DNA from: a virus | Taxonomy: Duplodnaviria; Caudoviricetes | DNA: 64,000 nt | Reading direction: 5' to 3' (one strand) | Virus record (IMG/VR): IMGVR_UViG_3300028886_000001 | Shown here: positions 1-10,626 of the stretch, piece by piece | How the letters are laid out: each line of letters opens with the position of its first letter | Numbering within the stretch: the first letter of the stretch is position 1 | The notes under the pieces: generated by a model | Database searches by the model: none | What the model was told of the DNA's origin: nothing | What the model saw: only the letters and a program-made list of their open reading frames with translations | Translations under genes and position numbers: made by a program

Positions 1-94
1 CTTTTTGAAGATATTTAGGTAGATTAAGTTCATAGCATCCTAGTCTACGATCTATCTTATTTACTAATCTAGTCATGTTGTTTGTTAAAGCCAT
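1..94 (-). CDS. 5' part of a probable virion protein (runs off the window)
   Basis: AAGGAGGTG RBS then ATG, reading MALTNNMTRLVNKIDRRLGCYELNLPKYLQK..., open to the edge; AACT-N6-TA promoter variant upstream. Confidence 0.7.
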   Translation of the reverse strand, partial: MALTNNMTRLVNKIDRRLGCYELNLPKYLQK

Positions 95-265
95 AGCTAT
101 ACACCTCCTTGTGTAAATATTAATTATTAGTTAAACTAATCAATAATTATATATTATATTATTGTAAATATATTTAATAAGGAGAGATGATTATGAATAA
201 CAATAAAGGAATAGTACAGTATATAATAAAAGCAAAGAGAGAAGAAAAGAGGGAGAAGATAAATA

Positions 266-730
266 ATGATGAATATTGCGAGTATTAAATATGATTCTTT
301 AGTAAATGGAGAAGGATTAAGAACAGTGGTATTTGCACAAGGATGCAAGCATAATTGTAAAGGATGTTTTAATCCACATACACATGAATTTGGTATTGGT
401 AGAGATTATGAAGTAGAAGACTTATATAAGATAATTAAAGAAAATTGTCTTATGAAAAAAGTTACATTCTCTGGAGGAGATCCATTATATCAAGTAGAAG
501 AATTTACTGAGTTAGCTAAATTATTAAAAGCAGATGGCTATAATATATGGTGCTATACTGGATTTACTATAGAAGAGATACAAAATGATGAAAATATGTC
601 TAAGATATTAGATTATGTAGATGTAATAGTAGATGGTAAATTTGATGAATCTAAAGCAGGAGAGTATAAATATAAAGGTTCATCTAATCAAAGGATAATA
701 AATATAAAGGAGAACATAGGAAATGAATAA
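266..730 (+). CDS. nrdG: anaerobic ribonucleotide reductase activating protein (radical SAM)
   Basis: SLVNGEGLRTVVFAQGC, CxxxCxxC, VTFSGGDP, DG-F and GSSNQR motifs. Confidence 0.95.
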   Translation: MMNIASIKYDSLVNGEGLRTVVFAQGCKHNCKGCFNPHTHEFGIGRDYEVEDLYKIIKENCLMKKVTFSGGDPLYQVEEFTELAKLLKADGYNIWCYTGFTIEEIQNDENMSKILDYVDVIVDGKFDESKAGEYKYKGSSNQRIINIKENIGNE

Positions 731-1136
731 ATTAGTAAAGTTAGTTATAATACTTAGCATGGTATTTATGATATGTGGAGGAGTATCTTATAAGCTTTGT
801 TCTACTATACAAGCTAAACCATTAGTTAGTAAAGAGCTAGTATCTAACTCTGCATGTAGAGTTATAAGAAGAAGTATGAGCTTTAAAACTATGAGAATTG
901 TTAGAGATAATACAGAATTGAAGAATTACTCATATATGGATTCTGATAATTATATAGTAACATTAGTAGATGATGAAACTAATATTGAATATAATATAGG
1001 TAGTGAGAAATACTATAATATATTCTCTAAGAATAGCATAGATAGAGATAATATTCAAGTTGATATGATGGTTATATCTAATAGTAGTAGAATAGTAGAT
1101 ATAAGTAATGTAGAAGAAACAGGATATAATGAATAA
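723..1136 (+). CDS. hypothetical protein with N-terminal membrane anchor or signal
   Basis: hydrophobic N-terminus LVKLVIILSMVFMICGGV; overlaps the nrdG stop. Confidence 0.7.
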   Translation: MNKLVKLVIILSMVFMICGGVSYKLCSTIQAKPLVSKELVSNSACRVIRRSMSFKTMRIVRDNTELKNYSYMDSDNYIVTLVDDETNIEYNIGSEKYYNIFSKNSIDRDNIQVDMMVISNSSRIVDISNVEETGYNE

Positions 1137-1176
1137 GCTATATAGCTTATTCTTTTTTGTTTGAAGGGAGATTAAT

Positions 1177-1863
1177 ATGGATAAAGAAGAAATTATATAT
1201 AAAAAGACAAAATATCAATATGGAATGTGTAATGTATTATTTAAAGGATTAGAAAAAGATAAAGTGTATAGAATGTATAAAGATATTAATTATATATACG
1301 ATATGACATTTGATAGTATATATATCATAAACAATGGGAAAAAAATATTTGCTAATACGATTAAAAGTAAACTTACAATATTTAAAAGACATAAAATAGA
1401 ATTGATACAATGTAATGATGGTAAACCTAAAACTAATATATTTGGTAAGCATAAGATTATAAAAGTTAAACTTCCTTCTCTATTAGATATAAGATTACCA
1501 GAAGAAGTTATATATGATTACTATGATAAATTTTATTCTAAATTGTATATAATGAATAGAGATAATAAAGAGTTCTTATATCCTTATAGCTATATAATAA
1601 ATTCTCTTATAGATAAAATCAATGCTATTATTAGTATTAAAGATTCTTTTGATACTAATGAAGAATATAAAGAGTTTGTAAATACATTATGTAAGATAGT
1701 ATCATATTGCTCTAAAGTTATATCTAATTTATATGGATTATACAATATTAATAAGAAGAAAACATTATTAAGTACTAATACATTAGATAATCTATTACAT
1801 GAATCTATAAAGTTATGTAATATATCTAATGACTTTATAAATGAAATGAAAGATTTGTATTAG
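1177..1863 (+). CDS. hypothetical protein
   Basis: 228 aa ORF with AAGGGAG RBS. Confidence 0.75.
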   Translation: MDKEEIIYKKTKYQYGMCNVLFKGLEKDKVYRMYKDINYIYDMTFDSIYIINNGKKIFANTIKSKLTIFKRHKIELIQCNDGKPKTNIFGKHKIIKVKLPSLLDIRLPEEVIYDYYDKFYSKLYIMNRDNKEFLYPYSYIINSLIDKINAIISIKDSFDTNEEYKEFVNTLCKIVSYCSKVISNLYGLYNINKKKTLLSTNTLDNLLHESIKLCNISNDFINEMKDLY

Positions 1864-1920
1864 TCGTTTTTTGATTATATATTATAATACTGTAATCAAA
1901 TATTAAGGGAGAGGATAGAT

Positions 1921-2643
1921 ATGTTAAAATTAAAATTCTTAGGAAGAGGTTCAGGATTAAACCCAAAGGAGGGGAATACATCTGCATACTTTGAATATAA
2001 AAATAATTTATTTATATTTGATTGTGGCGGAGATGTAGCTGGTAAGCTAATACAAAAAGGATTACTAGAAAATAAAGATAGGATAACTGTTTTTATAACT
2101 CATGTGCATGATGACCATGCTGGTTCATTAAGTACATTAATTTATTACTGTAAGTACATCTTACATAAGAGACCTATTATAGTATGCCCATGTCCATCAG
2201 GCTTGGGTGAAATTCTAAAATTGGAAGGTGTACAGCCTGAGGACTACGAACGCATAACTTTTAGAATGGCATTTAATAAAAGATTTAAAGATCTATTCAT
2301 AAGGTTACTTGTGGCTGATGTAGTACATGGTAATATGAGTGCATATAGCTACGCTATAGAATTTCTAGATGGATACTACATATACTATAGTGGTGATACA
2401 GATAGTACTATGCATTTTTTATTATCTGATTTGATTAATAATGTAAAACCAGATCACGTATTGTTATACCATGAAGCATGCATGTATGAATGTCCAGTAC
2501 ATACATCTATTTGTAGATTGTACGGACTGGTACCAGAGAGGTACAGAAGTAGCACATATATTATGCATATAGATTCAATCTTCGATGAAGAATATGCTAA
2601 GAGTTTAGGCTTCAATGTAGTACAAGTGGAAAAAGAAGAGTAA
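1921..2643 (+). CDS. MBL-fold metallo-hydrolase, Apyc1/RNase Z-like
   Basis: LGxGS, DCG, THVHDDH, YSGDT, VHTS and IMH motifs; early-type promoter at 1873. Confidence 0.85.
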   Translation: MLKLKFLGRGSGLNPKEGNTSAYFEYKNNLFIFDCGGDVAGKLIQKGLLENKDRITVFITHVHDDHAGSLSTLIYYCKYILHKRPIIVCPCPSGLGEILKLEGVQPEDYERITFRMAFNKRFKDLFIRLLVADVVHGNMSAYSYAIEFLDGYYIYYSGDTDSTMHFLLSDLINNVKPDHVLLYHEACMYECPVHTSICRLYGLVPERYRSSTYIMHIDSIFDEEYAKSLGFNVVQVEKEE

Positions 2644-2658
2644 GCATTATGCTTACTC
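2638..2658. terminator. intrinsic terminator between convergent genes
   Basis: GAGTAAGCA-tta-TGCTTACTC plus T tract. Confidence 0.8.
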
Positions 2659-2669
2659 CTTTATTTTTT

Positions 2670-3494
2670 CTATCTGTTACAATAATCTAATATTTCATTT
2701 CTTATATATGATTCAAGATTTATATTGAATACATCTCCTTCTTTACTAACCAATTGAACTCTTCTTCCATTATCTACTAGAGATGCTGTTTCATATAAAG
2801 TATCAAATGATTTTAATACAGTCTTTATATTAGCAGATTCTTCTTTGATATAATCCATTACTTGTTTATTAGTAATAGGTTCTATTATACCAGCATCGTC
2901 TTCAGGTAAGTATAATTTACTTCCTTCATTTTGAGCATATATATTTCCTGATTCTTCTACTATACCAGTCATATATGCAGCTTTATGAGATGGGAATATA
3001 ACCCAGTCCCAAGTAATAACTTTTATATTTTTTACTTCTGCTCCTCTATTAGTATTTTGAACAGAACCTAGAGCACGTAATGAAAATGATACTTTAGTAT
3101 CATCTAAAATAAAGTTATTGAAGTTTTCCCCTCTATCATTAGGAGTTCCTTTTACATGTGCTTTTATATTATTTCCTTCTTTCCAAAGTTTAAGTATCTT
3201 ATGTGATACATTATTAGGATCTATAGTTTGTTGTCTTGCTATATCCTTGCACATAGGATGTCCAGCTTCTCCACAGAAGTTTCCTGATTTTATTAATTCT
3301 ACAGTTCTAGGACATGTCAATTCTGGCATTAATTCTTTATCTGAATAGAATCTTCCATTTCTATTCTTTACATTCATATCTTGTAATACTGCTTCTATTG
3401 TTACCCTATTATTTTTTTCTCCTACTATAACTGGATCTTGTGGTTCAGAACTAGCAGTTTCGCATATTACAAATCCAATTTTACTATCTATCAT
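2670..3494 (-). CDS. prohead core protease (T4 gp21-like)
   Basis: NRNGRFY, GEAGHP (His), FSLRALG (Ser) and TWDWVIFPS (Asp) motifs. Confidence 0.9.
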   Translation of the reverse strand: MIDSKIGFVICETASSEPQDPVIVGEKNNRVTIEAVLQDMNVKNRNGRFYSDKELMPELTCPRTVELIKSGNFCGEAGHPMCKDIARQQTIDPNNVSHKILKLWKEGNNIKAHVKGTPNDRGENFNNFILDDTKVSFSLRALGSVQNTNRGAEVKNIKVITWDWVIFPSHKAAYMTGIVEESGNIYAQNEGSKLYLPEDDAGIIEPITNKQVMDYIKEESANIKTVLKSFDTLYETASLVDNGRRVQLVSKEGDVFNINLESYIRNEILDYCNR

Positions 3495-3629
3495 TATTAT
3501 TCCTCCTTTATATATAAATTAATAAGATGTTGTCTAACCTTATTTCATTTTTGTGCGTTACTATACTAGATAAGGGTAAATACGTTGAACTATATAATAA
3601 CTATAAAACTTTGAAAGGAATGATATACA

Positions 3630-6401
3630 ATGTTGATTTCAATAAATACAGTTAAGCATAGAGCTGATGGTTTAAAAAATGGAACTAAATATACAATGTC
3701 AGAAAATTGTAATATATTAAGAAATAGTATGAAAACAACTACTAATCCTGTATTGGTAGAAAGATATATTGGTAGTTGGGATTATAGAGATAATTATGCT
3801 GAAAGAACAGCATTTAGAGATATGCTTAATACAGTAAAGGAATTCTGTTTAAGAAATGATATAGGAAATAGTATAAAGGAACATGCTATATCTTATATAG
3901 GTAAAAATGCATTATATCAATTTAGTAATGCAAAACATGCTAAGGAATTAGTAAATGAAGTATTTGGTAATAGTGATGTAGAAGAAGCTAAACCACTATT
4001 AGAAGAAGTAAATACTGTAATAGCTTGTGATAGAGTAATTAATAATCAAAAAGCTCTAAATAAGAAAGTAAGCTTAGATAATACAGTAATGAGATATGAT
4101 ATGGGAAAGATATCTTTAAAAGAATGTATTGAAAACATGTGTGAACAAGTAGACAGTTTCAATATGAAATTTAAAGTTAAATATAATGTAGCATTAGAGA
4201 ATATATTATATACTCTAAGTAATCATAATATAAAATGTAGTAGAAGTACTGTACTAGAAACAGTAACAGATTACTTCCTTATGAAGAATAATAAGAAAGA
4301 GAATATAGAAGCTATGGCTGATATAATAGAAAGAACTAGTTTCTATAATGATGACGATAAAGTAGGAGTACAATATGTAATAGAGAATGTCAATAAGAAG
4401 AATGAATTAGATGATATTCTATATAGACAAGATTACTATACTGAAGAAGTAAAACAACTTGTTAAAGATAAATTAAACAATGTAAAGAAGACTGCTAAGA
4501 AGATAGCTTCTAGTAATATCTTTGATGAATTAAAATTATTATATGATAAGAAACCAGAGAAGATAAAAGCTATAGTAAATAAATTATATGTAAGAAGTCC
4601 AGAGCAAATATTAGATGAGCTTCCTAACTTCTTATCATGGTTCAGAACAGCATTAGTTCTAACAACTTTTTCTGTAAGTCCATACCTAGGTATTATATCT
4701 TTAGGTGTAGATAAATTTATACAAATGTCTCTTCAAAGAGATCATACTAAGAAAGCTATAGATAAATATAATAAAGAATTATCTAAAGCTGAAAATAAAT
4801 TAGATAGATTAGACCCTGATAGTAAAGCATATTCAAATTGTGAAGCATATATTGCTACACTTAAAAAGAATATAAGAAAACTAGAAGAATACTATGATAC
4901 ATTAAAGAGTGAAAAGGAGATTGATGAAAGTATGAATTATAATTCAACAGACCCAGAAATAGCAGGAATATTAAATGATATAAGTGTAGATGACATGAAT
5001 CTTACTGATGCACAAAAAATATATCTAGACGTAGAGAATAGTTCTGTCGATGTAGAAGAATATCTAGAATCAGAACACAAGAAGGTATTAAGAAATGTAC
5101 AAGCAGCTATGAGAAAGCTTAGAGAAACTTATATAGTAAACTCTCAATTTAATAAATTGGCTAGACAAGGATACTTCACTATGATAGATGAAGAAGAATA
5201 TAATAGATTTGCTTTAGCTAATAATACTGTAATAGAAGATTATATAGGAGGAGACAATAAGATATTCTTCTGTATAGGACATTGCTTACCATTAAAAGCA
5301 ACAGATGAAAAATACAGAGATAAAGAAACCATACGTTATTTATTAGATAGACTTACTGATATATTAGAAGAAGTATGTGATGCTTCTATTAATGTATTAT
5401 ATGAAGGTGATGATGAAGATATATATCATATATATCTATCATATATGAAACCAATAGAATGGCAAGATGATTCAGTGTACGAATCTTTTATGCATATAGA
5501 TACTAGAAAGAATGCTGCATTAGTATTAGCATTAGAAGGCACTATTAATCAATTTACTACTTATAATCCAAATGAGATAATGAGTATGATAGAGAATAAT
5601 ATAGATAAGTATGATAATGACGTAATAAATGCTATATCTATTATATCTATGAACGAATCATCAATTATAAACCCAGAAGAATTAATTGATATCTTAAAGA
5701 AAGAAAAGAATAGAGTTTATAAATTAAATGAATCAGCTGGTACTAAGTATAGTAGAACGTCTACTATTTCAGAATGTATTAGTATGCTCAAAGATACTAA
5801 GCCTAAAGAAGAAATACGAGAGACATCATTTGAATCTGTAGCACACTTAATGAATATTAATGAAGCAATACAATCTATATATGAATATAATCAATCTGTA
5901 AATGAAACATCATTAAAGACCAATGTTAAGATAGTAGCACAGAAGGTTAAGAATAAAGCTAATATATTAAACGATAAACAGAAACAAGCATCAGCTCAAT
6001 TAGATAATATGGTAGATAAATTCCAAGATTCAATACAGAAAGACTTATCAAATAAGAATAGAGAGGCAGTTATTAAAGGTAGATTATTACCTTCAGCTTC
6101 AGCAATAATTAAATTAGCATTAGCTAGTGGTATAGCTGGATTAGCAAATCCAGTATTAGGAGTTATTACAGCTCTTGGTGGTCTAGGAGCTGCTGCTGCT
6201 GGTACTAAGAAAGAAAAACAATATATACTAGATGAGATAGATATACAATTAAAATTAGTAGAAAAGAAACAACAACTTGCAGAATCTAATAATGATATGA
6301 AGTCTTTAGAAGAACTTATGAAAATAGAAAGAAAACTAAAAAGAGAAAGACAAAGAATAATGTATAGATTAAAGAACTATTATCCTGCTAGTGTAAATTA
6401 A
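3630..6401 (+). CDS. large virion/head protein with two hydrophobic hairpins
   Basis: 923 aa; head-gene context; many x-x-E|S/A sites (VYES, LNES, INEA, VNET). Confidence 0.6.
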   Translation: MLISINTVKHRADGLKNGTKYTMSENCNILRNSMKTTTNPVLVERYIGSWDYRDNYAERTAFRDMLNTVKEFCLRNDIGNSIKEHAISYIGKNALYQFSNAKHAKELVNEVFGNSDVEEAKPLLEEVNTVIACDRVINNQKALNKKVSLDNTVMRYDMGKISLKECIENMCEQVDSFNMKFKVKYNVALENILYTLSNHNIKCSRSTVLETVTDYFLMKNNKKENIEAMADIIERTSFYNDDDKVGVQYVIENVNKKNELDDILYRQDYYTEEVKQLVKDKLNNVKKTAKKIASSNIFDELKLLYDKKPEKIKAIVNKLYVRSPEQILDELPNFLSWFRTALVLTTFSVSPYLGIISLGVDKFIQMSLQRDHTKKAIDKYNKELSKAENKLDRLDPDSKAYSNCEAYIATLKKNIRKLEEYYDTLKSEKEIDESMNYNSTDPEIAGILNDISVDDMNLTDAQKIYLDVENSSVDVEEYLESEHKKVLRNVQAAMRKLRETYIVNSQFNKLARQGYFTMIDEEEYNRFALANNTVIEDYIGGDNKIFFCIGHCLPLKATDEKYRDKETIRYLLDRLTDILEEVCDASINVLYEGDDEDIYHIYLSYMKPIEWQDDSVYESFMHIDTRKNAALVLALEGTINQFTTYNPNEIMSMIENNIDKYDNDVINAISIISMNESSIINPEELIDILKKEKNRVYKLNESAGTKYSRTSTISECISMLKDTKPKEEIRETSFESVAHLMNINEAIQSIYEYNQSVNETSLKTNVKIVAQKVKNKANILNDKQKQASAQLDNMVDKFQDSIQKDLSNKNREAVIKGRLLPSASAIIKLALASGIAGLANPVLGVITALGGLGAAAAGTKKEKQYILDEIDIQLKLVEKKQQLAESNNDMKSLEELMKIERKLKRERQRIMYRLKNYYPASVN

Positions 6402-6416
6402 ATGGAGGTGAAATAG

Positions 6417-7475
6417 ATGGGATTATATAATAGAGATAGATTCCTAAGATATATATCTGAAGCAGATGATGATGACGAAAATACTTATACTATGGGTAGT
6501 GCTGATGATCCTGATGATGATACAAATGATACTGGAGACAATAATCAGGACGATACAAACCAAGATAATAATGTAGATAATAATACTAATGATACACAAG
6601 ATGACAATACCGATACTGGATATAGTATGATATCTGCTGATGATCCTGATGATGATACAAATGATAATCAGAATAATAATACAGATACACAAGATAATAC
6701 TAATGATGATAATAATCAAACTAATGATACAGATAGTTATAATATGATATCTGCTGATGATCCTGATGATAATACAAATGATACTGGAGACAATAATACA
6801 GATAATAATCAAGATGACGCAGATAGTTATAATATGATATCTGCTGATGATCCTGATGATAATACAAATGATAATAATGGAGATGACAATGCAGATGGTA
6901 ATGATAATGCTGGAGATGGTGATGATTACACTATGGGTAGTTCCGATGATCCAGACAACCAAGACCAAGACAATACTGATGGGAATACAGATAATACTGA
7001 TTCCGATAATGGAGATGATGATAGCTATAATATGGGGTCTGCAGATGATGATAACAGTGATACAGATGATACTAATACTGGAGATGATAATACTGATGAT
7101 GTATCAGATGATACTGGAGCAGATCAAGATAAGATTAAACAAATAGAAGATGATTTGTTTAAGGATTTAACTCCAGAACAATTAGCTATTAAAAATATGG
7201 AGTTAAAACAAAGATACTTGGAATTATATACTGTAATAAATGATATAATCATAAGAGTAAATAAGATTCCTAAGAGAAGTTATAATATAAAAGTATTAGA
7301 GTTTACTGGATTGAAGTTAGTAGAGTTAAGAGATTTAGTACAAACTTATCTTACTTATACATTCAACACTAAGACCTATATAGAGAATACTATAAATTAT
7401 CAACAATACTTAGCTACAATGTCTACTATTAATAGTCTTTTGAGGGAAATAACACCTAAAAATCCAGAAATATAG
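6417..7475 (+). CDS. Asp/Asn-rich repeat protein, possible scaffold/core protein
   Basis: six Y-x-M-x-S-[AS]-D-D repeats; directly upstream of the capsid gene; ISE|A site near the N-terminus. Confidence 0.6.
   Translation: MGLYNRDRFLRYISEADDDDENTYTMGSADDPDDDTNDTGDNNQDDTNQDNNVDNNTNDTQDDNTDTGYSMISADDPDDDTNDNQNNNTDTQDNTNDDNNQTNDTDSYNMISADDPDDNTNDTGDNNTDNNQDDADSYNMISADDPDDNTNDNNGDDNADGNDNAGDGDDYTMGSSDDPDNQDQDNTDGNTDNTDSDNGDDDSYNMGSADDDNSDTDDTNTGDDNTDDVSDDTGADQDKIKQIEDDLFKDLTPEQLAIKNMELKQRYLELYTVINDIIIRVNKIPKRSYNIKVLEFTGLKLVELRDLVQTYLTYTFNTKTYIENTINYQQYLATMSTINSLLREITPKNPEI
6484..7050 (+). repeat. intragenic imperfect tandem repeats
   Basis: gatagttataatatgatatctgctgatgatcctgatgataatacaaatgata occurs at about 6732 and 6822; four more degenerate copies. 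Confidence 0.9.
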
Positions 7476-7499
7476 GTTGAAGCCCAGAAAAGGCAATAT

Positions 7500-7511
7500 A
7501 ACAATATAATA
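7500..7511 (+). promoter_or_regulatory. late/nvRNAP-type promoter AACA-N6-TA (representative + strand copy)
   Basis: exact + strand copies start at 7500, 9324, 10954, 19211, 24116, 31336, 32793, 36113, 46376 and 50276, each just upstream of a gene. Confidence 0.85.
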
Positions 7512-7571
7512 AGCGTTATAAGCTGAATACAAAATAAAAAATAAAATTTTTATGAAAGGTGGTAGTTGTTT

Positions 7572-9302
7572 ATGCCAGTTATAGGTACAAGACCAAGTGA
7601 TAAAAGAAACAATGGCAAAGGTTATTTAAAAGATCCAATGTGTAAATTAACTGAATCTTTTTTAAACGTTGCCCAAGATATTGTAAATGAAAATTCTGTA
7701 GATATGTTCAGACATCCTGATATGGCTCTTATGAGAGGTACTGCAAGTAGAGACGCTATGAAGAATTTCTTCTGCAAAAACTCTTGCGATAGATCTAGCA
7801 TGGATCCAGAAGAATATGATGATCATATGGAAATGATGAGCGAACAATTTGAAAATGATTGTGATGGTTTATCATCATTTAATGAATATGCTTCAATGAA
7901 TACTTTCAACCCAGTTATTGGTATGATGTTCCCAATACATAAGAATTTACTTATGAACTGTATCTTTGATAAAGGTGCAATTCCTAAAGTAGTAATGAAA
8001 TCTCCAAAAGAAACAGTTACTATGGAAACTAGATGGTTAGTTACTCCAAAGGGAGAAAAGATAGATCTTTATAGAGATCAAAGAAAGATAAGTGATGCTG
8101 TTCAAAGCACAAACCCATTTGTAGAAGTTCCAGTTATCTTACCAGAAACAGGAACTACAGATGTATTAGCTGCTATTGGTGGTAGTTCTTTAGATAATTT
8201 ATCTATTGAAACTTCAATTTCTGCTATAATGGTTGCAGAAGACCCAGCTCATAAATTAGCTGATGCTTCATCTGAAGAAGATAAGAAAGCTGCTTTAGAA
8301 GCAGGTACATGGATAGATGTAGATATGCAATTCGTTACATCATATATGGATTATGATAGAAGTGTTATCGACCATGTAACTTATGATGATGGTAAAGGAA
8401 CAGTTAAGACTATTTGTATTTCTGCTACAATGAAGGATAACAAATTCCAAGTTGTAGATATGCAAGGAAATGCTTTAGCTGTTAAGATTAAAGCAAGATT
8501 AGATAGCTCAAATGCTATGCTTGATACTTGTAAAGTAGAATGGTCTGCTAGAACTGACTTAATTGAAGTTGGACCTGGTATTCCAATAAACGTACCAATC
8601 TCTCCTGAAGAAGTTAAAGATATTGGTGCTTTATATCAAGTTAACCAATTAACTAAGATTATGTCTATGATTAAATTAGTTATGGAAAATACTAAGGATG
8701 ATGATATCAAAGGATATCTTGATCAAAACTTTAATACTATGCCAAAGACTGATAAGATTCACAGAGTATTTGACTTTGCTCCAAGAGAAGGTTATATGCT
8801 AGACCATGTTGAATGGAGACATAAGACTTTCTTAGATGCATTAGATACTTATGTAACAGATATGCTTACAGTATTAAATGATCCAAACATGACTGTTACT
8901 ATATTTGGTAGACCAGATATCATAAGAAAGATTACTCCTACTGAATATAGCTATCAAAGTCCAAATAGTATAGGACCTGTTGAACTTGAATTCAACAAGA
9001 CTATAATGACTTCTGATAAGAGAGTATATCAATTCATGTCTTCAACTAAATTAAATGGTTCAAATGAATTAATTATAATTCTTTGCCCAAGAAATAGTGA
9101 TAGAATTATATACAGAATTTATGATTATCAAATGTATGTATCAAATGAAATCAGAAATGCTGCTAATCCTTCATTACCAGCAGTTCATGCTTTCCAAAGA
9201 TACAAAGTATGGAGTTACCAACCAGTTCAAGGAAGAGTTACTATCTTAAACCCAACTGGATTAAAAGGAGCTTACGACAGCTTAGGTTTCTCAGGTGTTT
9301 AA
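7572..9302 (+). CDS. major capsid protein precursor (probable)
   Basis: about 576 aa; own AACA-N6-TA promoter and downstream hairpin; acidic prodomain ending near FNE; near the protease and scaffold-like genes; ATG 7572 chosen by RBS spacing. Confidence 0.7.
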   Translation: MPVIGTRPSDKRNNGKGYLKDPMCKLTESFLNVAQDIVNENSVDMFRHPDMALMRGTASRDAMKNFFCKNSCDRSSMDPEEYDDHMEMMSEQFENDCDGLSSFNEYASMNTFNPVIGMMFPIHKNLLMNCIFDKGAIPKVVMKSPKETVTMETRWLVTPKGEKIDLYRDQRKISDAVQSTNPFVEVPVILPETGTTDVLAAIGGSSLDNLSIETSISAIMVAEDPAHKLADASSEEDKKAALEAGTWIDVDMQFVTSYMDYDRSVIDHVTYDDGKGTVKTICISATMKDNKFQVVDMQGNALAVKIKARLDSSNAMLDTCKVEWSARTDLIEVGPGIPINVPISPEEVKDIGALYQVNQLTKIMSMIKLVMENTKDDDIKGYLDQNFNTMPKTDKIHRVFDFAPREGYMLDHVEWRHKTFLDALDTYVTDMLTVLNDPNMTVTIFGRPDIIRKITPTEYSYQSPNSIGPVELEFNKTIMTSDKRVYQFMSSTKLNGSNELIIILCPRNSDRIIYRIYDYQMYVSNEIRNAANPSLPAVHAFQRYKVWSYQPVQGRVTILNPTGLKGAYDSLGFSGV

Positions 9303-9338
9303 AATATAAATTTATACTGAAACAACACAAATATAATA

Positions 9339-9366
9339 CAGTCTACAGTCGAAAGGCTGTAGACTG
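9339..9366 (+). terminator. terminator after the capsid gene
   Basis: CAGTCTACAGTC-gaaa-GGCTGTAGACTG plus T run. Confidence 0.85.
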
Positions 9367-9398
9367 ATTTTTTTTATTTAAGGAGGTTAAATATAGTT

Positions 9399-10553
9399 AT
9401 GGATAGAATAAGTTATAACTTTGCTGAATTAGAAAGTGCTGTTAGTGGAGTTAAGAATGATCAATCTGCTTATAAACTAAATGAACTTAAAAGACAGCTT
9501 AACAAATTCTTTAAAGGTTCTGAGTGTAAAGATGTAATATATACTCAGAATACAGATAAGTTCTTTTTCGGTATGTGTGTTATGCCAGTAATAAAACCTA
9601 ATGATGCTGTCGCTATATTGGGAGATCCAGATGAAAGAAACAAGTATATTATAGAAAAATACTATGTAGAAATAGATTCTAAGTTATTAGAACTAGGAAT
9701 GTCTACTAAAGAATTAACTGCTATATTATTGCATGAAGTAGGACATCTTGTAAATGATTCTATACCTGCTGTTACTGTAAGAAATATAGTAGATAATTTC
9801 TTAGCTAATACAGATGGAAGTTTCATAGTACAAAAGATAGATGCTGCTAATGCTTTATTAGCATTTGGTATTAAAGATGCTATGAGAAAACTTACCTCTA
9901 TATTCTATGTGGGTAAAGATGAAATAATAGCTGATGAATTTACTGTTGCTTGTGGATACGGTAGATATCTTGAATCTGCTTTTGATAAGATCATAAGAAA
10001 GAGTGGAAAGATAAATAAAGATACTACTAATAAACTAGTATTACTTCAATGGACTTTAAGGATATATTCAAGTCTTAAGACAAGAAGAATTGCATTATTA
10101 CATGCATTAAAGAGAGGTAAATTAGGTACAGGCTCTTCATTAGAAAAGAGAGAAATGGAAAATATGATTAGATATATAAATACTATCAATCCAGCAGATT
10201 TAATATCAGAATCTGCTATTGGTAAACTACTATCTAATAAGTATAAAGACTTTAAGTTTAAAGGTATAAGAGCATTAGAAGATGACTTATATGAATATAG
10301 CTTAAGATGTAAGAATGTAAATGATGAAGAAGAAGCTATTGCTATAATAAGACAAATGAACTCTAGAATAGGTATGATAGATGATTATCTTATGACAGAA
10401 AAATTATCTGATGCTGAATCTAAGAGATGGCATGAGTTATCTAGTAAGTATAGAATGCTTAGAGAAGAACTTGCTAAGAAAACAACATATTCAGAAAAAT
10501 TCTATGGATTATTTGTTCAAACACCAGTTATAAAGAGTAGATACGAAATGTAA
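9399..10553 (+). CDS. zincin-like metallopeptidase
   Basis: AILLHEVGH (HExxH) plus downstream EIIADEF. Confidence 0.75.
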   Translation: MDRISYNFAELESAVSGVKNDQSAYKLNELKRQLNKFFKGSECKDVIYTQNTDKFFFGMCVMPVIKPNDAVAILGDPDERNKYIIEKYYVEIDSKLLELGMSTKELTAILLHEVGHLVNDSIPAVTVRNIVDNFLANTDGSFIVQKIDAANALLAFGIKDAMRKLTSIFYVGKDEIIADEFTVACGYGRYLESAFDKIIRKSGKINKDTTNKLVLLQWTLRIYSSLKTRRIALLHALKRGKLGTGSSLEKREMENMIRYINTINPADLISESAIGKLLSNKYKDFKFKGIRALEDDLYEYSLRCKNVNDEEEAIAIIRQMNSRIGMIDDYLMTEKLSDAESKRWHELSSKYRMLREELAKKTTYSEKFYGLFVQTPVIKSRYEM

Positions 10554-10554
10554 T

Positions 10555-10585
10555 AATAAGAGTAAGCTAAGTGCTTACTCTTATT
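10555..10585 (+). terminator. intrinsic terminator
   Basis: AATAAGAGTAAGC / GCTTACTCTTATT plus T run. Confidence 0.85.
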
Positions 10586-10626
10586 TTTTTACGTCACTTC
10601 AGACATTTATATAGGAGGTGATTGAT

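Noticed and set aside
6444-7146. ORFs 6444..6968 (-) and 6847..7146 (+), Ile/Met-rich
   Set aside because: Shadow frames of the GAT/AAT repeat gene; no RBS
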